A stretch of DNA of 64,000 nucleotides from Chrysomallon squamiferum. Lineage: Eukaryota; Animalia; Mollusca. The translations under genes were made by a program, and so were the position numbers. The stretch lies in assembly GCA_012295275.1 (NCBI GenBank), contig CM022676.1, positions 18,476,001-18,540,000 of the forward strand, given 5' to 3'. Within the stretch, counting starts at the first letter, position 1. Every line of letters begins with the position of its first letter. Below the pieces are notes generated by a model. That model made no database searches. It saw nothing but the letters and a program-made list of their open reading frames with translations, and was not told the origin of the DNA. Shown piece by piece: positions 1 through 10,504 of this stretch.

Positions 1-329
1 ATATAATTTTGTTGCAATCGTGGGCTTAGTAAATGATATTGCAAAAATACTACGTATTGCTAGCGTGGTTCACTAGAATGCCAGTCAGTACTCTAGAATA
101 CCTTAACATGAAATAAACCTTGTTGGATCTGCTCATGTAAGTTCAAATAAAGCCCTCGTGTTAAGAAAACCTTCTTCTATTAGCTTTCAATAGACAAATT
201 ATCATAACCGCGGCAAACACAGTAGGCGAAATTCGTGTGACAGTCCAGTTACAGATGATGGTAGTTCCATTCCTGAATTAGATGTAAAAGAATTAAGTGT
301 AGACCAACAGTTAGCTTTTTAAAAAATAT

Positions 330-905
330 ATATGTTTGAAACCGAGCAAAGAGCATCAGAGAGACAGATAGATAGAGAGAAGGAAGAAAGGGAGAAGAAT
401 AAGAAAGAAAGAGAGAGAGGATCGGGCAGTAGAGCGTGAAAGAATTAAGATTACAACAGAATGATATGAGACATTCATCAGTAGAAGGTAGCGAAACTGG
501 GAATAGTCGTTTTAACATGTCAGGAGCATACAGATCAGTACCAATATTTGAAGATGGACAGATTGATACTTTTTTCCAGTTATTCGAGCAATTAGCCAAA
601 GAGTTCGACTGGCGTGAAAGAAAGTGGGTATTGTTGCCCATGTTGAGATTTAGAGGCAAAGCTTCTGAGGCATGTAATTAATTATCTGAGTGACCACAGT
701 TCTGCACAGTGTACGTTGGTTAAGGCGGCTGTCTTAAGAATATATGAATTCCGTCCAGAAGCGAACCGGTTCACGTATAGTGAATTGAAGGAACCTGAAG
801 GTCAGTGTTATGTAGAATATTTCGCATGAAAAGCTGGATTATTTGATAAATGGGTAGCATCAGAACAGGTTGAGTCGTACGAAGGCTTTCAGGAATTGTT
901 AATAC
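330..905 (+). mobile_element. Degenerate Gypsy (Gmr1-like) LTR-retrotransposon gag/SCAN-like capsid remnant
   Basis: Broken reading VPIFEDGQIDTFFQLFEQLAKEFDWRERKWVLL..RGKASEA* then LVKAAVLRIYEFRPEANRF..EGQCYVEY..KAGLFDKWVASEQVESYEGFQELLIL, after an E/R-rich coiled-coil stretch. It matches the Gmr1-type gag pattern (F..FE..A....W....W..L....GKA / VK.A.L..YE..PEA.R) and has stops and frameshifts. 10-242 (TG...GTGACA, AATAAA at ~146) may be an LTR. Confidence 0.75.
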
Positions 906-1680
906 TATATAATGTTATATATGTATACACCTGCATTTTCTAGTGTGTGTGTATATATATATATATACACCTGTTCTCTAAATGAATGCACATATTAACA
1001 GGTAACCATTTTTTAACTTCTTTGGTATTAACAATTCCGGAAAACCTTCGTACGACTCAATCTTTTGTGATGCTACCCATTTATCAAATAATGTCGCTTT
1101 TTTTTTCTGGAAATATATATATATATGAGTATTTCACGTTAATTAATAAAAGTCAGTCAGGGCAGGGCAATTCCAGTCGTCATGGGAAAACAAAGATATT
1201 TCAGTTGGGATTTCTGCATAATGCTAATCACTTGTGTTAGTCAAGTGTTCAGGCGAGAATTGCCTTTGGTGATCAGAAACAGGATGCGCCACAGATATTT
1301 CCTCATCAGATAACCATGTGCTGCACGAGTGTTTCTATAGCGATAACAGCTTTCGGTTGGTGCTGACCTACGCAGAGGAAATCAACTGAGCCAGACATAT
1401 GTATATCCATTAGAGGTCTTCAACAAAGCAAGTGGTGGTCTCTACCAACCACAACGGAAAGTCTAACGCTATTGCTGACACTTTCTCGAGAAGATGATCT
1501 AGAGGTGTGTCGTGTATTAGATGTTTAGTAGAGTCCCTTAAAACAATATCTCACCATAGCTTATATAAAAACTCAGGGCTACATATTAAATATATTAAAC
1601 AGGAGACTTCCATCTCCGTTACACTTAGTGTATCTACCTTTTAAGGGTTACATAATAAAAATTAATAACCATACACAGAA

Positions 1681-1711
<31 letters not shown>

Positions 1712-1712
1712 C

Positions 1713-1771
<59 letters not shown>

Positions 1772-3886
1772 TACACACACACACACACACACATATATGT
1801 ATGTATGTATGTATCATCGTAAGTCGTTCGCAGTTTCTCTACTGATTTGTAGTGGTAAAATGTGTTTCATTGTTTTACACAAAAATTTCAAATTGTAGTT
1901 TATAATATGACAAGATTTATAAGTCACACAAGAGTAACTGAGATTTCGAAAATTAATTAATACAAATTTAAGTTATCATTTCTCTAGTACATTTTCCAGT
2001 CATACTTATTTTGTTATTTTGTTTTTCACTTGACAATATGGAATTTAATGTATCACACGCACCTTAAATTTTGTAGAGAATATATTCAGTAACAAAAAGT
2101 ATCCATCTCTGAAATTATCTACACTCCATAACTGATTTGCTGAAAATGCCTTTCATATTATAGCATTTATAATGCTTTGGGTATATTAAATAAGCTTTTT
2201 ATGATGACATACAATTCAATATACGACTGACACCATTAAGCGCGTTTCTATAAGATATAGATACTCGTATTTTAATCCTTATGATATTTTAAATTATGTT
2301 TACATTTCTTGTGGTGTTAATTTATTTTTATAATTCGTGAATATAACAGTCCAGATGTTTATTATTTAGCCTACTAATGTGTTGAGTGTCTCACTTCAAA
2401 GCTAGTCTTTCTTCAGTCAGAACATGTCACTGGACTCAGAAACTGAAAGTGAGGCGTCCTTCGTGTAACATACTTCTATGTACACTGGTCTGTACTAGAA
2501 TCAGCTACGTATTTTGCTACATGTTCACTGGTTATCTCCCTTCTTTGTTTGAAATACTTCAGATAACCTTGGAGAGGATCGTGGCGCTAGCTGTAGCTAT
2601 TATCCAGCTTTGCTCTTGATGATGCAGCAGATGCCATTATGATGTCTGATATTTTCTTTTAATGACAAGAGTTCAAAGGATTACATCTGAACACACATTA
2701 GCATCTATGGTCAGTTTCGACAAATGATTTCACACATTCATTATCGTGTCTAATTTATTGAAAGTTTTCTAATGATGTGACCTTAAATGATAACATATTA
2801 ACATCCATTGGCTTCTTGGGTCAGTTTGAACAGACCCTAATAGTTGTCGAAATTGGAACACTAGCCTAATACTCTAAACTAAATCAAGGTCAGTAGGTGT
2901 AAAGGATGTTGAGGAAATCAGGATATGGAATAGGTTTCATAATGCAGGCTAGCTGTTCAGTGTCGTGATCGAATTTTCAAGATGCTATAGTGCATTGAGT
3001 CATGTCAGTGTAGGTCAGAAATGTTCATCCTTTTGAACTCACATATTTAGTATGCTTAGCAGAAATGTGAACATTACTTTGGTCTAACTTGTTCCAATCT
3101 ATATGCGACATAATCATGGTTTATCGGCTTGATGACTCTGTGAACTGCTCGTTTTCTTACACTTGATTGCACTGTGACATGTAGCATTCTGATATTCAGA
3201 CCATTGTCTGGTGGGACTCTGTTGAACACGAATGATACATTAGAGGAAGAAATAAAACACAACAAAAAACAACAACAAAGAAACAAAAACAAAAAGAAAA
3301 AACCGTTAACATGAATGACAGGAGTTCTGCTTTTCATCCACAGTGACTTTGAAAGCAATACTATGTGTTGTTTTATCTGCTGTCACAAAATCAGCTTCTT
3401 GAAATAAGCTTTTCAGAGGGATTCCACTAGCAGCTTCTGACACTTATTACATTTTCTGACTTTAAATTTATTATTATTTTCGATCAGACCATTGTCAGAA
3501 CTTATTATTTATTTGAAAATTGCATTTATTAATGCCAAAATAAATTTGAATTATCTTATTCTATTGATCATAATGTTTGTAAAATAAGGAGAGTACTACT
3601 TAACTGTTAAAAAGTCATATGTCTGTGCATGGGTGTATGTGTATATATTTCAGCCGTTTAGTACATTAATATTAGAAATACTGGCAATACTGGGGATATT
3701 GCGACATCTTTATTTTACCCAATTTTACGTTTATTACCGAATATCTGTTACATAATTTTCTTTACAGGAGAAAAATCATATGTGAGTGTATACATATTTC
3801 TTTATTGTTTTGTTTGTTCTTCGTTTTTATTAAAGAAATCATACTATTCTTACTCACAGACCATATATAATATGTTATTATTTCAG

Positions 3887-4031
3887 TACCAGTGCGGTTA
3901 GTGAATGGACGAGGAAAACCAACACAAGGTCGAGTTGAGATTCAAGTGAACGGGACGTGGGGAACAATCTGTGATGATTATTTTGATGAGAAAGATGCTT
4001 CAGTTTTATGTCACATGTTAGGATTTAGTCG
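3887..4031 (+). CDS. Receptor exon: SRCR domain, first half
   Basis: tttcag| acceptor; PVRLVNGRGKPTQGRVEIQVNGTWGTICDDYFDEKDASVLCHMLGFSR (canonical VRLV.G...GRVE....WGTVCDD); |gtagct donor, phase 2. Confidence 0.95.
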
Positions 4032-4190
4032 GTAGCTGCTTCATTTATTCACCTACTTGCTTACTTTCTTACAGTAATATTTTATATAAATGTAATTTAT
4101 TTCATTTTACTGACGATGAAAGTTAGTGATGATATCTACGTGAAATACTTTTCGACAGGATCGTTAATAATAATGATGATGATGATGATG

Positions 4191-4222
<32 letters not shown>

Positions 4223-4561
4223 TATAATAATTGTTATCAGAGGAAGAAGAAAAAAGCCAACATCAACAGCAAGTACAACAAAAAGTAACAACAATAGTAA
4301 TTTCCAGCAATGAAAATCTTGAGCTTTATAGCAAATATATTCAAATCATGCTCGAATAATCAAATTTCACTGGCGATATTTACACTATCTTTTTGGTAGC
4401 AAAGCATACATATTAAACATAGCTGAAATCACTTAGAAAGTAACAAATGTCTTCTGAAAACGTCATGACTACGAGAAGATCTGTTGTCCAAAGCATGTTC
4501 AATAATATTAATTTTACTGTGCATATTATTTATTTTACAATGCATATTAATTTTATTTAAG

Positions 4562-4731
4562 TCTTCATGCAACACCATATCAAAATGCTCACTTTGGAGA
4601 GGGAACTGGACAAATATGGCTTGATGATCTGAGATGTGATGGAGATGAAGACAGTGTTGAAAAGTGTTCATTTCCTGTCTGGGGAAAACACAACTGTTAT
4701 CACTCAGAGGATGCTGGTATCAGCTGTCAAT
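4562..4731 (+). CDS. Receptor exon: SRCR domain, second half (group A, 6 Cys over two exons)
   Basis: ttttatttaag| acceptor, phase 2 matches the previous exon; LHATPYQNAHFGEGTGQIWLDDLRCDGDEDSVEKCSFPVWGKHNCYHSEDAGISCQ; |gtcagt donor, phase 1. Confidence 0.95.
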
Positions 4732-5649
4732 GTCAGTTTTCATTTGACATTTTATTTTACTTTATTTTATATAATTTGCGTGTTTGTCAGCTACAAAACG
4801 TGTTGGATGTTGTCCAAAAGATTGTATTAATAAATTTAATTCTGTAATCATCAGCTTCTCACAAAATAGTTTAACTTTTTTCATCCACATGTTTTATCAC
4901 CATCTTATATTCTGTCTTTAAATTAGTTTTCGAATGGGGAATCCTTACTCTCAAATGTCATTATCCGTTAGAAGTCTCTAGTAGCAATTGAATACATTAC
5001 GTTATGTGATTTAAGATTTTCTTTATTTATGACTTGATTTAGTTTTTTATTAGTTAATTCATGAAATAATTAATTTATTTATTTATATGTGCTGTGCTTC
5101 TGTTTTATTTCTTTGTTTATTTTAACTTCATGTTAAAATTTCTGAATGTCACAACATTATATCGTGATGAATATATGAATGCATTTTACTTTTATTTTTC
5201 CTGATATATGACAAACATACTTTCTGCAGTTTAAAGGTCCATATCGCTTGAACAAATAATAATAACCACATTTGTAGTTCCATTTATTCTTCTTTTCTGT
5301 ATGTTTTTGGCTGTACTTTATAACGGCTGGACATACTGCAGAGCCGTATGAAATTCCATCTGTCCATATGAAAAATCAATCTCATTTAATTAAAAGCTAT
5401 CTTCAGATGCATTAAACCTGCAGCATATATCAAATTTGTTTTTCTCTATTTTTACTTGAAATAAGAATGATTGTTTTTATTCACTTTTTTTTCTTTTTTT
5501 TCTGACCATAATAAATTAATACACTGAGACCATACCTTTGATTTGCTGTTATAATGATACTATTTATTTATTTATGTATTTATTTATGTATTTATTTATT
5601 TATGTATTTATTTATGTATTTATTTATTTATTTATTTATGTATTTGTAG

Positions 5650-5904
5650 ATGGGGCCCTTTCTGTTACATTCAGTGCTTCATCTCCAGGAAACATTCTTG
5701 AAGGAGATATTCTAAATGTGACCTGTATTGTTGACTGTGACTCATCTTGTGTCTACACGTGGAGAAGTGAAGATCGGTATTTGGTCAGCGGCTCTCAGTT
5801 GGCTGTTGGTCCTGTGAGCAGAAATCAGACAGGACAAATATTTACATGTACAGCAAATAGTTCTGAACGTTATGGAAGTAACCAGTTCCAGCTTAGAGTT
5901 CTTT
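5650..5904 (+). CDS. Receptor exon: Ig-like domain 1
   Basis: ttgtag|...|gtaagt, phase 1-1; EGDILNVTCIVDCDSSCVYTW...QTGQIFTCTAN, with B- and F-strand Cys, C-strand Trp and an extra CxxxC loop. Confidence 0.9.
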
Positions 5905-6478
5905 GTAAGTTCCACATTCACAGATAAACTTACAACTCTGAATACAAAAATAATATGACAAACACAGAATAAAAAAGAAAAAAAAGAAAGAAAAGAAACA
6001 ACATAAAGATAAATATCGAATCACTGTTTTCATTTTTAATTCATCTCAACAAAATATGTTATATGAAAGCATGATAATAAGGTATAGAAATATTTTAAAA
6101 TAACTATTTGTTTCAGCGGCATCTTCAAAGTTATCGCTGTTTTATTGATGTTTGTCTACATGTGAAACAAAAACTTAAGAAAATAATTTATGAAACAAAA
6201 TATTATACTATAAGTGAGTAAAGTTTAAGAACATTTACCAGTTTTTCCCGCATACACTCCCAAACCAGTAGTTTGATCTATACTAAGAATTTTTCACTAA
6301 CAATAATATCTTTTTTATTGATTATATTTTAAACTATTTTGCGTTTATCTTTATTCTGGTGTGAAATTCTAACATTTTTAAATCCAGAACTGCCTACAAA
6401 ATTTGTTTTAGTAACTGCTTTAAAGTGCAATTATGATTATTTTGTAGTTTTTATTTATTATTATTATTATCATTATTA

Positions 6479-6525
<47 letters not shown>

Positions 6526-6738
6526 TCTTAAAGTTCATTATCTTTTTTGTTGTTGATTATTTTAATCGTATCTGTAGCTTGGTAATCAAAATTATATTCA
6601 GTTTTAACAGAATAATTCAAAAAGAACAGGACAAACGTGTCTGACTAGATAGTGCTGTAGATGTGCTGACACTGTTTACCTATCGTGTTGTCAGTACTTG
6701 TATGAAAAACTCCAGCCAGATTTTGTTTTAGCTACATA

Positions 6739-7250
6739 CAGTGGAACCTCAGGTTACGAACTTAATCCGTTCCAGAACTCGGCTCGTAAACCGAAGCAAT
6801 GTCAGACACACGACACCACTCTTATGATTTACAATTATTTCCTTCTTAACTTCTACTGTGATAGATTTATAATTTCCCCCAGCATGATAGCTTTCACGTT
6901 TTGTTTTCTTCGGCATAATAAGGGTATAATAAGAATTATACACATAAAATTAGCAGCACTTTAAAAATAATGGGACCGCACAATCTCGATCCAAAAATTA
7001 AAGAGCTGCAACTGCATATCGAAGACTAAAGGCCCTAATTTATGACACATAGTTGCTGTAGGGCATGCCTCTAATCCTTACTTTGACTTCTTATCTTTAT
7101 GTTGAGGTCAAAAGAAAGCTCGTTGTGGCGTGTCGTTGTAGTTCGTAATTCGGGACATTATTCGTCATCCGAGACAAAAACTGCCGAAGATCACGGTTCG
7201 CAATCCGAATTATTCGTTCTTCGAGGCGTTCGTAACTCGAGGTTCCACTA
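6739..7250. mobile_element. Pogo/Tigger-type MITE in intron
   Basis: TA then TIR CAGTGGAACCTCAGGTTACGAAC; the other end reads GTTCGTAACTCGAGGTTCCACT; ~510 bp, no transposase. Confidence 0.85.
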
Positions 7251-7515
7251 ACATTAAGTGATAATGAAAACGTTCTTCTTTAGTTGTTTTCGTGTTTCTA
7301 TTCTAATTTACTTGTAAGTGAAAATAAAAGTTAAAGCGCTGCAGACAATGTTTATGTTTCCACAACATACAAAGATACAAAATTGTTTTTCGAGTAAAAC
7401 AACTGACATTTTGTGTACTAGTTATCGAGAGATGATACTGCTCATTAAATTACTAGTTTTTGACTGGTTTCATCTTGCACCTCAATTATCGTTGATGTCG
7501 CGTATATCATTGCAG

Positions 7516-7794
7516 ACCAAACTTCTATTACATATTTGACGTTGAACTCCAATTCTACAAAGTTAACAGTTGATGAGCTGACTCCCATCAATTTGAGATG
7601 TGAAGTTGACAGTAATCCAGCATCTCACATCAAACTGTTAAACAACTCACAGATTCTACGTGAAGTGTACAGCTCCAAGTCAGTGGAGTACAGCTGGAAT
7701 GAAGCTGGATGTCTGGATACAGGATTTTACACTTGTGAAGCAGGAAACAACATCAAGTCTGATGTCAGTCAAAGCGTTCAGCTTGTTGTTAAAT
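7516..7794 (+). CDS. Receptor exon: Ig-like domain 2
   Basis: ttgcag|...|gtaatt, phase 1-1; LTVDELTPINLRCEVDSNPAS...AGCLDTGFYTCEAGN...VQLVVK (D.G.Y.C motif). Confidence 0.92.
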
Positions 7795-8002
7795 GTAATT
7801 GCTCTTTTTAACACAAATTAGAATATCAGTAATAACAGAAATAACAACTTACAAACATAGATATATATATACACCCTTTTACACATACACAGACACACTG
7901 ACATACACAGGTACATACATGCGCGTGGAGATGTTTCTTTCTTCTTCTCATATGGTAATGTTTATCAACGTTAGTTAGCCTGACTGTCTTTCTGCCTACA
8001 AG

Positions 8003-8068
8003 GTTCACTGAGGATTCCCGAGTATATTAATTTTTATATCAGTAAAAGGGTGCAACTTGTTGTTAAAT
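8003..8068 (+). other. Candidate 66-nt cassette exon created by tandem duplication of an intron
   Basis: 7780-8020 is repeated at ~8054-8312. The segment between the copied acceptor (ctacaag|) and copied donor (|gtaact) is open, phase 1-1: (C)SLRIPEYINFYISKRVQLVVK. Confidence 0.45.
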
Positions 8069-8295
8069 GTAACTGCTGTTTTTAGCACAAATTAGGATAT
8101 CAGTAATAGTAAAATAAGAACTTGCACACACATACATCTAAATATATGTACACAAACATATACATAGAGACACATACAGAAATATATATAGAATCATGCT
8201 CAGACACATAAACACATACATGCACAATTTTTTCCTTATTCTGATACCGTCATATTTTGAACGTTAATTAGCCTGACTTTCTTTCTGCCTACAAG

Positions 8296-8592
8296 GTCCA
8301 CCGAGGATTCCTTCCAATGTGAACATAAAGAGAATCAACTCTTCTGCCATCTCAGTGTCTTGGACAGAAGAATTTAACGGCGGCTTCGTGCAAACATTCA
8401 TAGTACAGTACAGAGAAAACACGTCAACACAGTGGAACAACGTCACAGAGAAATTTCTAGAACTTGGTTTACATACAACCCATACAACAGTGATAGGGTC
8501 TTTGAAATCTTTGAAGTATCTTGTGAGAATGTTGGCTTACAATAAATACGGAGTTAAAGGTTTTACAGATGAGAGATATATTTTGATGACAG
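8296..8592 (+). CDS. Receptor exon: fibronectin type III domain
   Basis: ctacaag|...|gtacct, phase 1-1; PPRIPSNV....SAISVSWTEEFNGGFVQTFIVQYR....W....YLVRMLAYNKYG, the nephrin-like FN3 signature (W...F.GG..Q.F.V.Y). Confidence 0.92.
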
Positions 8593-8718
8593 GTACCTAT
8601 GTTAATAATGAGATAACATACATTTTAATATTCTGTTTCTTGCTTTTCCGATTCAGGAATAAATCAAAGATTTCTATTTGTTTGTTTTACTTATTTATCT
8701 GAGAGCTCATTATTGTTA

Positions 8719-8788
<70 letters not shown>

Positions 8789-9493
8789 CCTTGTTTTTGT
8801 CTTAACTATAACATTTGAAAAGAAATTGTACAGGTGAAATTTTATATAAATGATCTTAGTAACAATACTAATGATTTTCTGGGATTTGTATAGTCTTTAT
8901 GTAGTAGTTTTATTCCAGTACTGATATACACATTATTTTTAAAATATTACATTATTTTCAGTATGATATTTAAAATTCATTAGCAAACTTTTAGTTGCCC
9001 AAGAATATCAAATTGAAAACAATTCCACTTCAAATAATTGAATGTTTAAGAACATTGGCCAATAGACTGAGCAGAAACAAGGTTCTAAATTATGTTGGAG
9101 AATAAAATTTAAAAATAATCAAATAAATACATAAAGAAATAAATAAATAAATAGATAAACAAAAAGATATATTCAGTATCTTCATTTATTGATTTTTAAA
9201 ATTAGTTTCCGGTACAGCTGTACATTAATGTTAACTTATTTTAACATTGGAAGCCTTTTTGTATCTCCTGAATCACAACAATATTAATTAATAGTTTTAC
9301 AGATAATTTATTTAAAGTTGCTTTCTTTTGACTTTGGCATTTATTTCCTTACCTCTGTCGTATTTTAAACCTTTATTTCAATATAGTTACCGTGTTGTAA
9401 TACATATACCTTTAGGCTATATTTTGTCACCTGTGTCAAACACTAGTAGTTTGTATGACATATCTCTATTCAAATGAACAATTGTTGTTTCAG

Positions 9494-9607
9494 ATGACGT
9501 GTCTAATATAAATTTGATAGCAGTCGCTGTTGGATCTGGATCAGGGATTCTCGTGTTAACTCTTCTTGTTGTCGCTACTGTCTTCATATACCGTAGATTG
9601 AGAAGAG
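9494..9607 (+). CDS. Receptor exon: transmembrane helix
   Basis: tttcag|...|gttcgt, phase 1-1; DVSNINLIAVAVGSGSGILVLTLLVVATVFIY followed by the basic stop-transfer RRLRR. Confidence 0.88.
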
Positions 9608-9798
9608 GTTCGTACTGTTTCTTTCTTTTTGTTTAAGTTTCAAAGTGCAAACGTGTGTCGTAGTGCATCTTCCTCTACGTCTATGCGTTTGTGAAAGAGA
9701 TAGATCGGGAAATATGTAATACTTAAACAATCTGAGATAAATAGGAATACTCTTTGTAACAAAATTAAATTAGATGAAGTATAATATATACAATTTCA

Positions 9799-9842
<44 letters not shown>

Positions 9843-9843
9843 G

Positions 9844-9904
<61 letters not shown>

Positions 9905-10062
9905 CATCTTCCATAATAAAATAAAATGAAATTTATTTTTATAAAGTATCGTTACTTAATATAACAAATGTTGTGATACGTTTTACCAGTTCACCTCATA
10001 TTAGTTTGTGTTTGTTTGTTATTTTAGTACCTGTTATTTTTATTTAACTTTGTTCTTTTTAG

Positions 10063-10096
10063 GAAATGCAAAAGATGAACATATGCATGGAACAAG
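10063..10096 (+). CDS. Receptor micro-exon: cytoplasmic tail 1
   Basis: ctttttag| GNAKDEHMHGT |gtaaca; phase 1 in, phase 2 out. Confidence 0.7.
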
Positions 10097-10504
10097 GTAA
10101 CACTAACTCATAGTATGAATTAATGTAGTTTATTATTGTTGTAACAGTCTATATGTTGGTAAATAGTGTGTTCATGTGTAACAGTGATTGTACATTTTAT
10201 TGCCTATAAATGAATGAAAAAATGTATAATGGAAACGAAATGTTAAGAGTCTCCTGATAAAATATCTTATCCTGTTTCAATATCAGTGGTGTAACTTTCC
10301 AATCGGTTATTTGTGTGTTGAAGTGAAGCTTTCAGTTCTAAATGACGAACACAGTTCAGAGTTTTTATAACCAGTGAAACTGTAACCATAAGCAAATACC
10401 GATTGATGTCCCAAATATTTCTGTGTAGTAGCCTCTGGTTTATTGACTATCTTGTGTGAGTTGACACATTGTTGTCTGGACGTAGGTTCTCATTCGAACT
10501 CCAG

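Noticed and set aside
2386-2619. Hydrophobic ORF end as the receptor's signal peptide
   Set aside because: It ends in TGA straight after the hydrophobic stretch with no suitable phase-compatible donor.
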